Source: Nanobdellati archaeon
Lineage (GTDB): Archaea > EX4484-52 > GLR71
Length of the DNA stretch: 64,000 nucleotides
Assembly: GCA_019429125.1 (NCBI GenBank)
Contig: JAHYJO010000001.1
Coordinates: 7,088-71,087 of the forward strand
Reading direction: 5' to 3'
This document shows positions 29,098-39,070 of this stretch, piece by piece. The notes under the pieces are model-generated. The model was not told the DNA's origin and did not search any database. It worked only from the letters and a program-made list of their open reading frames with translations. The stretch's first letter is position 1. Each line of letters starts with the position of its first letter. The position numbers and the translations under genes were made by a program.

Positions 29098-31929
29098 ATG
29101 CTTAAGGAGATTTGTATGAAATTTGGATATGTATGTTTTATTGTTTTTATCTCCTTGTTATCTTTAGGAAATTGTGTGTATGCAGTGCCAGTATTGAATG
29201 ATTTATCTGTTCAGAATCAAGAAATTTGGCTTGGTGAAACAGAGATAATATTTGTAAATTGTACAGATGATAATCAGATTGTATCTGAGGTGTATGCAGA
29301 TATAAGTACAACGAGCGCATTGTATCCCGGTAATTCTTTCTTGTTGGATGCAGACGGTACTTATTATTTGCCTGTGTCTACATCTTTACAGTCTAATTTC
29401 AATAAGGTTGGTATCTTTGATGTGGTGGTCTATTGTCGGAATGAGAATGGGGATTCTGTAAATTCGTCCATATCATTTACTGTCTCAAATTTGAGTCTTG
29501 AGATTAGTAGTATGTCATCTTCTGTATATATCGGAGACATAGCGGAGATTAATCTTTTTGTCAAGAAAGATGGAAGTTCAATAAGTTCTGATGTCATTGA
29601 TTTTGAGGTGTTTTATGCAGGCAAAACAATATCTTTATTGTCACCACCTTATTATGATTTTGAAAAAGGGTGGGTATTAAGATACTCTACTGCTACTTTT
29701 GTGGCTGGGACTTATACATTTTCTATTGTTGCAAATTATTCTGGTAGTGAGATTGAGGCAACTAAAGGAGTAAGTATATATAATCCTGTTGATTTTTCAA
29801 TAGTTAATGTTGGTTCTTCATGGATTTCAATAGAAGAGACTGTCACTGTCTCGGTGAAAGCAACTGAGAGAGGTAATCCTATAAAAATAGATGAAAATAA
29901 GATGTCTGTACGTATCGATTCAACAACTGTAAGTAGCTTTGAGGTATTGGCGGCGTCAACAAGTAATGTTTATGATATAATATTTACAGCACCATCATTG
30001 TCTTCTGGAAAACATACACTTAAAGTATATTTTAAGTATGAGAATGATTCATTATATGATTCTGAGAATGTAATATATGTAATATCTGCTTCAGGGGTCA
30101 TGTTTATTGAAACAGATAATACTCATGTGGTTGACTTAAAGTTTAAGTCAGATAAAATAACCAAAGATGTGCGGACGGATAATAAAGGGAAATATTTGTT
30201 ATCTTTTCCTCCTGATGTTTATAATATAGAAATTAAAGATAGTTTTTTTACGCTTGGTATATCTAATGTGGAAATAGATGAGTTTGATGATGCGATAAAA
30301 TATCAGTATCTCCCAACATCATATGTGGATGGGATTTCGGGGAGTGGTATATTTTATTATGGTATTGCATCTGAACTGGATTATGATTATCTCAGTCTGA
30401 AATTAAAGTATGATTCAAGTAAGATTCATGATATTTCTTTGCTTGAAGTATATGTATGTACTGATTGGGATACTGGAAATAAGAAATGTCTCTCTGAATG
30501 GAATGTTATTGATTCTGAGATTGACAGTTTGAGGAAAACTGCAACAATTAGTCAGGCAGTGCTTAATGCAGCATATATAGTTGGAAATATTGATTCGTTG
30601 AATGTTGCAGGAACCATTGAAAAGGCGATATATAATATTAATGATGAGATAAAGATAACAGGACTTAGTCAGGACACTGCAAAAAATGTGGTTTCTGATG
30701 TAACATTTGATGCATATATTTCAGGAACATCTATTGAAGCTTCAGGTGTGTCTGATTCAAAAGGATTGTTCTCATTCAGTATTTCAAATCCAAAAGATGA
30801 AGGCAATTATACTCTTATCATAAATGCATCTAAAGATCCGTTTTTATCGGCACAAAAAAAAATTTATTTTGAGGTCTTGAAGAGAAAAGATGTGGCTATT
30901 GTCAGTCCTGATACAATCCGTTTGTATCCGGGGGATTCGTCGGAGGTTGAATTTTTAATAATAAATACGGGAGAATCTGCTCTGTCAAATATGTCTGTAT
31001 CATTGAATGGTTTACCATCGAGTTATTATCAGATGATATATCCGGATAATATCTTGAATCTGAAAGAATCTGAAGAGAGCTCAATTATTGTTTATTTTGA
31101 TATACCTATTAATGCGTCAAAAGAGATGATTAGTGTGTCATTTGAACTATCAGGGTCTGGGATATCTAAGAAACAAAATGTTGTTATGAATATATTTGCG
31201 CCAAAAAATGATAGTTTAGGGGTAATATCTGCATCTTTATCTGAATCATCAATGTCTGATAATAATTACGGTTTTTTTTCTTTGGATAAATTATCATTAT
31301 TTAGTATGCCTACAGGGAATTCTATTGCACTTTTGGCATCAGGTGAAACCATATATGTGTTCTTGTTTGCGATGTTAAGTTTTTCAACTGCATTCTTATT
31401 TAGGAAACGAAGGTTGACAAATGTATACAGCAACAGATTAAGGGAAAGTAACAGATTGCTCATATTTGAGATAAGAAAGCATATGTTTAAGGTGACGGGT
31501 TCTGATACTATTGATAATTTTAATGTGTGCGGTTGGGGTAGAAGATATGAACAACATAAAAAGCATACAAAAACAAATATGAATATGAATATGAATATGA
31601 ATATGAATATGAATACGGATAATGATATAAATACAAATACAAATAAATCAACAAGTGATATTTCAACAAGATTAGAGAGGGCGATTGTAGCGTCGTGTCC
31701 TGTGGATAAGAGAGTTATTGAACCGAACATTGAATCTGATACAAGATTAGACAAGAAGAAAGACTTAAAATTAGATTTGATCTCTGACATATATGACAAT
31801 CTGAATAAAGATTCAAATGAGAAAAAAGGATTAGATAATTCTGGAGATATAGAGAAATCAGAGGACAATGATGATGTCGATTCAAGCATGAGTGGTGAAG
31901 AATCAGAAACGAAGGTGTTGGAAAATTGA
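29098..31929 (+). CDS. 943-aa secreted glycoprotein with a signal peptide, a C-terminal TM (IYVFLFAMLSFSTAFLF), and a cytoplasmic tail containing an (NM)n / N-T-rich low-complexity tract.
   Basis: Signal peptide MLKEICMKFGYVCFIVFISLLSLGNCVYA. Many sequons. TM near residue 750. The tail includes an NMNMNMNMNMNMNTDNDINTNTN segment. Confidence 0.75.
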   Translation: MLKEICMKFGYVCFIVFISLLSLGNCVYAVPVLNDLSVQNQEIWLGETEIIFVNCTDDNQIVSEVYADISTTSALYPGNSFLLDADGTYYLPVSTSLQSNFNKVGIFDVVVYCRNENGDSVNSSISFTVSNLSLEISSMSSSVYIGDIAEINLFVKKDGSSISSDVIDFEVFYAGKTISLLSPPYYDFEKGWVLRYSTATFVAGTYTFSIVANYSGSEIEATKGVSIYNPVDFSIVNVGSSWISIEETVTVSVKATERGNPIKIDENKMSVRIDSTTVSSFEVLAASTSNVYDIIFTAPSLSSGKHTLKVYFKYENDSLYDSENVIYVISASGVMFIETDNTHVVDLKFKSDKITKDVRTDNKGKYLLSFPPDVYNIEIKDSFFTLGISNVEIDEFDDAIKYQYLPTSYVDGISGSGIFYYGIASELDYDYLSLKLKYDSSKIHDISLLEVYVCTDWDTGNKKCLSEWNVIDSEIDSLRKTATISQAVLNAAYIVGNIDSLNVAGTIEKAIYNINDEIKITGLSQDTAKNVVSDVTFDAYISGTSIEASGVSDSKGLFSFSISNPKDEGNYTLIINASKDPFLSAQKKIYFEVLKRKDVAIVSPDTIRLYPGDSSEVEFLIINTGESALSNMSVSLNGLPSSYYQMIYPDNILNLKESEESSIIVYFDIPINASKEMISVSFELSGSGISKKQNVVMNIFAPKNDSLGVISASLSESSMSDNNYGFFSLDKLSLFSMPTGNSIALLASGETIYVFLFAMLSFSTAFLFRKRRLTNVYSNRLRESNRLLIFEIRKHMFKVTGSDTIDNFNVCGWGRRYEQHKKHTKTNMNMNMNMNMNMNTDNDINTNTNKSTSDISTRLERAIVASCPVDKRVIEPNIESDTRLDKKKDLKLDLISDIYDNLNKDSNEKKGLDNSGDIEKSEDNDDVDSSMSGEESETKVLEN
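31575..31614 (+). repeat. Hexanucleotide microsatellite (AATATG)n, about 6-7 units, in-frame within the 29098-31929 CDS. It encodes the (NM)n segment.
   Basis: Directly visible. The unit length of 6 preserves the reading frame on expansion or contraction. Confidence 0.85.
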
Positions 31930-34411
31930 AAGGAAAAGATATCTTATTTTTTTGATGTTGGTATTTATTTTTCTGTTGCCGTTAATTTATTCACTTCAGC
32001 AGAATTTTATAATTAATGGTAATTTTACATCTGGAAGTTCTTTAGGATGGACTTATTCTGAAGAGGATTTGTCGGGTGTTGGGTCCTCAAATTTTAATGT
32101 GTCTGGTGGTAATGATGATTCTGGAGTATGGTATCTTGAAGTCAATGATAGTCTGTCTGATATAGGGTATAATGTTACCAGCAACTTGACTAATGATGGA
32201 GGATTGTGGTTAAATTCTGGTACTGTTGTTTCTGCTACGGTGCCATTCTCTTATAAACAGACCTGGACAATATCTGCACCTACAGTAAATCTTATTAAGG
32301 TGTTTTTGGTAAAACCTGACAGTTCAGAAGTCATTCTTTTTTCACGTTCGTCAATAGTTGATGATGCTTCATATATGACAGAATCAATAGATGTAGGTAT
32401 TAATAATTTCTCAGACAGTGGGGTGTATAAATTAAAACTGTATAATTATGTTGAGACGTCAGTTTCTGATGTGCTTATTATTCGGAACTTTTGGGACGAT
32501 ATTGATCTTGTTGTGGTATATCAGGATGAGGTGGTGCCAGAGATTACGGTGCAGTCGCCACTGAACAAATCTTATGATAATGATTCAGTATGGGCTAACT
32601 TAACATTGAATGAGGATGGTTCATGGTGTGGATATTCGCTTGACGGTGCAGTAAATATCACTATGTCAAATACATCAGGCAACTGGAACAGTCTTGTTGG
32701 TGGATTGTCTGAGGGTGCACATAAAATTACGTTTTCGTGTAATGATACGGTAGGCAATATGAATACATCTGAAGTCATTGTATATTTTACTGTTGATACG
32801 ACATATCCTCAATATGCATATAATAGTACAAATTCTACGGAAATTGGAAGTTATGTCCTTTTCAGTTTATATTGGACTGACAATTCAGTTTCAGGGTACA
32901 TATTCTCGTTTGATAATGGTACTGGTACATTTGTGAATGACAGTTATGTCAATATGGCTGGTGTTTCTGTTTGGTCAAATGTTAGTAAGCAGATTAATTC
33001 AACTGTTGGTGCACTCATACAGTGGCGCGTGTATGCAAATGATACGGGGGGAAATATGAATGCATCTGAAATATATAGTTTTTATACAGTTGATTCTGAG
33101 GCTCCGGAGATTACGGTGCATTCGCCACAGAATAAATCGTATGGTGCTGATTCAGTATGGGCTAACTTAACATTGAATAAGGCTGGTTCATGGTGCGGAT
33201 ATTCTCTTGATGGGAGGCTAAATGTCACTATGTCAAATACATCAGGCAACTGGAACAGTCTTGTTGAAGGATTGTCTGAATTGACACATAACATTACTTT
33301 CTCATGCAATGATACCTTAGGCAATATGAATACATCTGAGGTCATTGTATATTTTACTGTAGATACTATTAAACCTACATTGTATGTCTACTCACCTGAT
33401 AATATCTCATATACTACAAAATTAATTAATCTGACTGTGGGTGCGGATGAGACTATAGATACTTGGCAATACAGTCTTAATGGTATGACAAATGTGATGT
33501 TTTCACCAAATACAACAATAATTATGCTTGCTGGAGTCAATAACATAACAGTCTATGCTAATGATACTTCCGGAAATATGAATAGTACTGTGGTTTACTT
33601 TTTATTAAATACGACGCTTGAGGTTGAACTTGTGGAACCAAGCACTATCTTTGTTACAAATATCATAAAAGGTACACAATTCATCATAAATGCAACTGTC
33701 ATATGTAGGGAAGGTGATTGTGGGGATGTGTCTGCTACGGTGCGATATAATGAGACATCAGTCAATCCGGATACAGCAGTCAATATAACTGTGGGTGCTG
33801 AACCATTCTTTATTGATGAAGCATCACCAGTATCTACAAAATCTTGTTCTACAAATCCATTGTCTGAAAATGAATATTGCAATGTGTCTTGGGTGATTAA
33901 TGCGACTGATTCAGGTCTTGATTTATGGAAATTTGATGTCAATTTCAGTTCTGATACGGGTTGGACGACAATCAATAATACATTATTTTCTGAGATTTCA
34001 GTTGTACCGTGTGTTGTTGATTTTACTGTTACTTGGACATCTATAGATTTTGATAAGGCTCTAGTGCCTAATACATATCAAAATCCTGCAGTAGGCAATG
34101 ATGGTAATATTTATAACATAACAATCAATGATGGCAGTTGTAATACGGATGTGTATATTAAGGGTACGGATATGGTGGGTGAGGATACCAATAATATTCT
34201 GGGTGCAGGGAACCTTACATGGAGCAACAGTTCTAATTTGTATAGCACTTCATATAATATGACCGAAATATATATGCCATTGAAGTTTGATGTGCAGTCA
34301 TCTACAAATATTACTACATGGTACTGGATTGATATACCACCAATATTTGCTGAGAGCTATAATGGGACTGTATATATACAAGGTGTTAAAAATGGGGATC
34401 CACAACCGTAG
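31892..34411 (+). CDS. 839-aa secreted glycoprotein with three tandem ~190-aa Ig-like modules. The start overlaps the upstream gene by 38 nt; an alternative start is at 31955.
   Basis: K/R-rich N-region plus hydrophobic core (LIFLMLVFIFLLPLIYS). Dense sequons. Internal tandem duplication. Confidence 0.7.
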   Translation: MVKNQKRRCWKIERKRYLIFLMLVFIFLLPLIYSLQQNFIINGNFTSGSSLGWTYSEEDLSGVGSSNFNVSGGNDDSGVWYLEVNDSLSDIGYNVTSNLTNDGGLWLNSGTVVSATVPFSYKQTWTISAPTVNLIKVFLVKPDSSEVILFSRSSIVDDASYMTESIDVGINNFSDSGVYKLKLYNYVETSVSDVLIIRNFWDDIDLVVVYQDEVVPEITVQSPLNKSYDNDSVWANLTLNEDGSWCGYSLDGAVNITMSNTSGNWNSLVGGLSEGAHKITFSCNDTVGNMNTSEVIVYFTVDTTYPQYAYNSTNSTEIGSYVLFSLYWTDNSVSGYIFSFDNGTGTFVNDSYVNMAGVSVWSNVSKQINSTVGALIQWRVYANDTGGNMNASEIYSFYTVDSEAPEITVHSPQNKSYGADSVWANLTLNKAGSWCGYSLDGRLNVTMSNTSGNWNSLVEGLSELTHNITFSCNDTLGNMNTSEVIVYFTVDTIKPTLYVYSPDNISYTTKLINLTVGADETIDTWQYSLNGMTNVMFSPNTTIIMLAGVNNITVYANDTSGNMNSTVVYFLLNTTLEVELVEPSTIFVTNIIKGTQFIINATVICREGDCGDVSATVRYNETSVNPDTAVNITVGAEPFFIDEASPVSTKSCSTNPLSENEYCNVSWVINATDSGLDLWKFDVNFSSDTGWTTINNTLFSEISVVPCVVDFTVTWTSIDFDKALVPNTYQNPAVGNDGNIYNITINDGSCNTDVYIKGTDMVGEDTNNILGAGNLTWSNSSNLYSTSYNMTEIYMPLKFDVQSSTNITTWYWIDIPPIFAESYNGTVYIQGVKNGDPQP
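32533..33672 (+). repeat. Intragenic tandem duplication with a ~570-bp period, two well-conserved copies (roughly 88% nt identity), followed by a third diverged copy.
   Basis: tcagtatgggctaacttaacattgaat... recurs at ~32590 and ~33160. Antisense ORFs 32572-32778 and 33082-33345 are near-identical shadows of each other. Confidence 0.8.
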
Positions 34412-35069
34412 TCTTATATTATTTGCAATGTTGTTTGCGTTATTATTAGTGGAACCTGTGTGTGCATTCAATCTTGGTACTTTACAGAAAACTACAAGTT
34501 ATAATGTCACTTCTGGGGAGACTGTTCAATTTGATATTTTATTCTGGAACACGGAAGCTATAGGTTATAATTTACAATTGGAAATTGTTCACGTACCTAA
34601 AGATTGGGTTGTAATCTCTGACCCTTCTATGTTTTATCTTGATAATAATTATTCGGGTAAGATTGAACATATGTATATTTCCCGACTTAAGAAAACTGTT
34701 AATGCAGCTTTAGTAAATGTTTATGTTTATGTTCCTAAATCAGAAAAGTTGGGTAAATATACTGTGGTGTTGAAAGCTGTGGCAGGTGAGGGGGATTCTA
34801 TATCTGGTTTTTCGTTGAGGCAGGAACGCACTTTCTTTTTTGATGTCTATGTGACAGAAGATTTATATCTGGACGCACACAATGATGAAATAGAATCAAA
34901 AAGTGTTTCTATAGATATAAAGCCTATTATTAACCATAAAAAAAGCGATGTATTGTATAGGGGTTCAGAACGACCTGTTAGTATATTTCAATATATGAAG
35001 GGTGTTATTTTTTTGTTGATAATTATAATGATTTTATGGATTGCACGGAGGATATATGAATATGATTGA
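34392..35069 (+). CDS. Hypothetical exported protein (about 225 aa) with a signal peptide and a C-terminal TM (VIFLLIIIMILWIARRIY).
   Basis: ATG at 34392 gives signal peptide MGIHNRSLILFAMLFALLLVEPVCA. It overlaps the previous gene by 20 nt in another frame, so the track start at 34287 was not used. Confidence 0.6.
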   Translation: MGIHNRSLILFAMLFALLLVEPVCAFNLGTLQKTTSYNVTSGETVQFDILFWNTEAIGYNLQLEIVHVPKDWVVISDPSMFYLDNNYSGKIEHMYISRLKKTVNAALVNVYVYVPKSEKLGKYTVVLKAVAGEGDSISGFSLRQERTFFFDVYVTEDLYLDAHNDEIESKSVSIDIKPIINHKKSDVLYRGSERPVSIFQYMKGVIFLLIIIMILWIARRIYEYD

Positions 35070-36405
35070 CAAGAAATATTTTATCTTTCTGTTTGGAATT
35101 ATTGGTCTTCTTATTATAATACAGGTTCAGTCATCAATTCTTGAATCCTCCATAACTGGAAATCTATTATTGAGTGAGGTAAATGTTTCTATAAATGCCT
35201 ATGATAATGGTAAGGTTAGCATCTTGAATTATTCCGATAGGATTGAACAGTATTCAAAGTTAGTTATAGGTGCTGAATTTTTAAATACTGGGAGCACTTC
35301 ATATTCAAAAAGTTTGTTATTGCAGATTGGTACTTATGATGAGAATATGACTATTAGTGCAAACCGTACGGGAACTACAATAGTTATGAAACCAGGGGAT
35401 AGAAGTTTTGATAAATTGACATACACACCGTTATATTATGGATTTTATTGGATGCATTTGATAGTTTCTTATGGGAATAAGACTGCGGATGCGTGGGGGA
35501 CATTTTATGTTGATCCATATTATATCATAGTTATTCCGCCTAATGTAACTGAGGGTGAACCAGGGGGTCCTCTTGATGTAGAAGATACAACAGGTGGCGA
35601 TGGTGATGGTTTAAGTATGGGTGGTGGTGGTGATGATGTGGTTCTGTCTGCGTTATTGGATTCAGGTATATATGATACGGGTCGGATATTGGTCACACTT
35701 TCACATCCAGATAAGATTTCTGTTAGACCTGGGCAATCTTCTGTAGTCTATGTTATTGTCAATAATACGGGGACTATGACGCTTAGGAGGATGATGCTCT
35801 TACCGCGTATTATTGGAAATATTAAGATTGAAGCACAACCTATGAATATCCAGACATTGAAAGGTGGGCAATCTGCAATCTTTATGATTACTCTTGATGT
35901 GCCTTATGATATTTATAATCGTACATATCCATTGGATTTCAAGGTTTTATTTGATAAGGATAGTAGGGCGGGACATATTGATGTTGAAGTGGGACCTGGA
36001 AACCTTGAGGATGATCTTTTAAATATCATACTTAATTATAGGTATATTATAACAAGGCTTACAAGTGAAAGGGATAAACTTTATTTTGAGGGAAAAAATA
36101 CAACACTTCTTGATGAATACATATCTGATGCAGATTATGATTTGGTAATTGCAAAAGAGAATTATGATCTGGGTGATTATGGTCCTGTACGTGAATATCT
36201 TAATGAAACACTGAATCATCTTGAGGATGCTGTTCTTGAACTTGCCAGTCTAAGAAAATCTGATACATTTGTCCTGTTTGCTACCAATGTCTGGTTCTTG
36301 ATAGTGCTGATGATTATAATATCTATTGTGATAGCTGAGGTCTATATGCATAAACGAAAGCATAAGAAATATATTAAATATGAAGGCGAAGATGCGATTG
36401 TTTAG
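35041..36405 (+). CDS. Hypothetical exported protein (454 aa) with a signal peptide, a Gly/Asp-rich segment and a C-terminal TM anchor (WFLIVLMIIISIVIAEVY, followed by KRKHKK).
   Basis: Signal peptide (FIFLFGIIGLLIIIQVQSS). Overlaps the upstream gene. A likely alternative start is MNMIDKK at 35056. Confidence 0.65.
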   Translation: MHGGYMNMIDKKYFIFLFGIIGLLIIIQVQSSILESSITGNLLLSEVNVSINAYDNGKVSILNYSDRIEQYSKLVIGAEFLNTGSTSYSKSLLLQIGTYDENMTISANRTGTTIVMKPGDRSFDKLTYTPLYYGFYWMHLIVSYGNKTADAWGTFYVDPYYIIVIPPNVTEGEPGGPLDVEDTTGGDGDGLSMGGGGDDVVLSALLDSGIYDTGRILVTLSHPDKISVRPGQSSVVYVIVNNTGTMTLRRMMLLPRIIGNIKIEAQPMNIQTLKGGQSAIFMITLDVPYDIYNRTYPLDFKVLFDKDSRAGHIDVEVGPGNLEDDLLNIILNYRYIITRLTSERDKLYFEGKNTTLLDEYISDADYDLVIAKENYDLGDYGPVREYLNETLNHLEDAVLELASLRKSDTFVLFATNVWFLIVLMIIISIVIAEVYMHKRKHKKYIKYEGEDAIV

Positions 36406-36785
36406 GGTTTTTATTTTAAGTCGTATCTTTTCCGTCTTTTTGTATTTATTTACCGATTGAGTCGTTTAATCAGTGTGTTTGATTTTGGTGGTTTTTTTAT
36501 TTTTCTATTGGTTGGTTTATTCTAACTCGTTATTTGGTCTGTTTTATTTGTTTGGTTATTGGGTTCTTGTTGTTTATATTTTGGTATTAATTTAATACTA
36601 TTTATTTTGTTACAGAAATAGATTCATGAGTGGAGTGGTAAATTAAGCATTGTTAAATGTTTTTGGTTTGGCAGGGGGGGGTAATATGTTTGTTTGAGGA
36701 AAGAGAACAAATTAATTAAATTGGATTATAGATTTTGTGTTTTGAATAAAAATGAGATAAAAAGAAAAAGAATTTTAAAAAATAA

Positions 36786-36816
36786 AAATGAACCTGACGG
36801 GGATTCAGGTTCATTT
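36786..36816 (-). terminator. Intrinsic-terminator-like hairpin (12-bp perfect stem aaatgaacctga/tcaggttcattt, 7-nt loop cggggat). On the minus strand it is followed by a T-rich tract (TTATTTTTTAAAATT). It lies 10 nt downstream of the stop of the minus-strand gene 36827-37723, between convergent genes.
   Basis: Stem complementarity and the T-tract checked directly. Confidence 0.6.
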
Positions 36817-36826
36817 ATTACTGTAA

Positions 36827-37723
36827 TTAATATGATGCAACGATTGTTAGTGTTCCTGAAGTTGTGTCTCCGTAAGGGATTCCATTTGGTACTGATGCAT
36901 ATATACTAATTGCGTCTTCTGATCCGGGTATAAGATTATCAGTTATTAAACTTCCACTATTATCACAGTTTGGAAATTGACTTGACATATCATATTTATA
37001 GAGGTATATCTTATCACAAGTATTTGCTGTTGCAATGCAGTATCCTACAAGTGGTCCAGTGGAACATGTAAAGGTTCCCCAGGTAGTGCCTGGTGTAACA
37101 GTAGTACAAGTAGATGCTCCAACTGTTATATCACGATTTAAAGTTGTGTCATTTTCAGGTATAGAACTTATTTGAAATATCGTACCGGTATTATTACATA
37201 CTCCATCTGTTCCATTTTCAACTTTCCATAAATATTCATTACCTGTTGAGTTTCGGTACCACCCGTGAGCAAAAGCATTTGTGTTCTCATTAATATTTAA
37301 TTCTTCTCCAGTTAGTATTGATGAAAGGTTCCATTCAAGACGGCCTGCGTGTGAATGTGCGGAGTCTGTTGAATTCTTTACAAATATAAGACCTGCAGCA
37401 GAATAAGCAGTTACATCTGCTGTTGGTAGTGGGTTTGTTGATTCTACTGTGATTGTATCTGTAGTCATGTATATACCACTAACATTTACTGATCCTGTAT
37501 TTTTGATAATTATATATTCTGAAGCGCCATTTGAACCTGGTTGTAGCAGTGTCCAGTTTATGACATTTGGACTTACAACTATTGTCCCAACAGCTGATAT
37601 ATTAATATTTACAGTTACAGTATCATTTGTATCTACTGCAAATGTGATAGGACCATTTATTAGGGTCAAAAGAATTATTGCCAATGCAAGGGGCATTATG
37701 TATTTTTTATTCATATTAATCAC
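36827..37723 (-). CDS. Hypothetical secreted protein (298 aa) with a signal peptide, a Cys-rich C-terminal half and sequons.
   Basis: N-terminus MINMNKKYIMPLALAIILLTLINGPITFA. ORF ends 10 nt before the hairpin. Confidence 0.6.
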   Translation of the reverse strand: MINMNKKYIMPLALAIILLTLINGPITFAVDTNDTVTVNINISAVGTIVVSPNVINWTLLQPGSNGASEYIIIKNTGSVNVSGIYMTTDTITVESTNPLPTADVTAYSAAGLIFVKNSTDSAHSHAGRLEWNLSSILTGEELNINENTNAFAHGWYRNSTGNEYLWKVENGTDGVCNNTGTIFQISSIPENDTTLNRDITVGASTCTTVTPGTTWGTFTCSTGPLVGYCIATANTCDKIYLYKYDMSSQFPNCDNSGSLITDNLIPGSEDAISIYASVPNGIPYGDTTSGTLTIVASY

Positions 37724-37870
37724 TTGTCTAAATGTTTTTATAGTTTTATTTTGTGATCATGTCGTATATATGTCTTTCGGTTATATGGCACTGTTCAAAA
37801 AGTGAGTGAGTTTTGAGGATATATCTGATAATGTCTTTTTGCGAGTATCATATATTCTGGTGTTATTATT

Positions 37871-39070
37871 TCACATTTTAAAAAAGAATATGATTGTCGG
37901 AATTATCAGGCAACCCATTAACATTGATCTTCTTGCGCCTATTGTCTGCGCATATATGCCTAAGGAGGTTGACGTTATAAGAAGTATGAGTCCTGTTATA
38001 CTTGTGAAAATTATTGTCATAAGAGTAAGAAGAATGATTATTGAGGTACCTAAGATTCTGTAGTCTATCTTTTCTATGATGGTTGTTGCTATCTTTCCGA
38101 TTTTCATTGTTAGTATTGCTGACAGTCCGGCTGACAGGAATGCTACACCAATAAATATTGATAATGTGTTTTTTGTTAGGTCTCCTATTATTGAGTCAAC
38201 CGCTATTGCCACACCTGATCTTGCGTTACCTATTAGGTATATCGCTATAAATGACAGGATTATGTCAATTGTTCCGATTGTGCCGACGGCTATTATGAAG
38301 TTTTTTGCGCCTTTTATCTTTCCTATGTGTTGGACAAGCATTGCTGACTGGGAGGAGCCAAGACCGGGGATTATGCCTGCTACAAGGCCACCTGCAAACC
38401 CTGCAAAGGAGCTTTTGATTGTTCCTTTTGTTTTTATCTTTATTTTTGTGTTTTGTTTTGGTATTTTTGATTTGTTTTCAAGACTCATCAGTATGTTGCT
38501 TATGCCGAAAAGGCCAGCAAAGAGTGGGAATAAGGTGTAGTTTGAGTTTATCATGTGTAAATCAAGGGTTATGGTGCCTAATATCCCTGATAATATGAAA
38601 ATTAAAAGCGATCTTTTCCAGTTGCTACTTCTTGAGATTATGAATGTTATTGCAAGGACTAAAATGTAGGGGATTGATGGTTTTATTGTCTTGTATGCAG
38701 GAGTTACAAGGTCTGCAATCGTTATGAGGAATATCATAAGTATTATCATACCTAAAAGACCACCAATGACTGATAATGCCAGTGCTTCATATCCTTTTCC
38801 TTTAAACAGCATCAGGTGAGTGGGTAGTGTTGTCAAGGCTGTTGCCGGGTCGGGTGCACCGAAAAAGATTGAAGGGATGAAATCCATGAATGAGTGGGTT
38901 GTGCTCATGGTTATTATGAAACAGCTTAAAAGAAGCGGGTCTGTGTCGTAGGTTCTGTGGACTGCGAGCGCAAGGATTGCAATCGTGTTTATGTGAAGGC
39001 CAGGTGTGAGTCCTGTTACTGTTCCAGTTAGGATTCCAGCGATTGAGAATAAGAGTATTAGTTCAAGCAT
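37871..39070 (-). CDS. Polytopic membrane protein, TctA-family (DUF112)-like permease.
   Basis: 399 aa, highly hydrophobic throughout. N-terminal MLELILLFSIAGILTGTVTGLTPGLHINTIAILALAV resembles the TctA/DUF112 signature. Confidence 0.6.
   Translation of the reverse strand: MLELILLFSIAGILTGTVTGLTPGLHINTIAILALAVHRTYDTDPLLLSCFIITMSTTHSFMDFIPSIFFGAPDPATALTTLPTHLMLFKGKGYEALALSVIGGLLGMIILMIFLITIADLVTPAYKTIKPSIPYILVLAITFIISRSSNWKRSLLIFILSGILGTITLDLHMINSNYTLFPLFAGLFGISNILMSLENKSKIPKQNTKIKIKTKGTIKSSFAGFAGGLVAGIIPGLGSSQSAMLVQHIGKIKGAKNFIIAVGTIGTIDIILSFIAIYLIGNARSGVAIAVDSIIGDLTKNTLSIFIGVAFLSAGLSAILTMKIGKIATTIIEKIDYRILGTSIIILLTLMTIIFTSITGLILLITSTSLGIYAQTIGARRSMLMGCLIIPTIIFFFKM

Noticed and set aside
31266-31889. 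207-aa minus-strand ORF
   Set aside because: Antisense to the 3' part of the 943-aa glycoprotein gene, including the (AATATG)n tract, which it reads as FIFIFIFIF. Artefact.
32572-33345. Two near-identical minus-strand ORFs (68 and 87 aa)
   Set aside because: Mirror images of the ~570-bp intragenic tandem duplication in the + strand surface-protein gene.
34287-34391. Track start at 34287 for the 34287-35069 ORF
   Set aside because: That N-terminal extension overlaps the upstream gene by about 125 nt and has no signal-peptide character. The ATG at 34392 gives a clean signal peptide and a 20-nt overlap.
36694-36909. 71-aa + strand ORF in the convergent spacer
   Set aside because: K-rich low-complexity reading of AT-rich spacer. 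It overlaps the terminator hairpin and the 3' end of the minus-strand gene.
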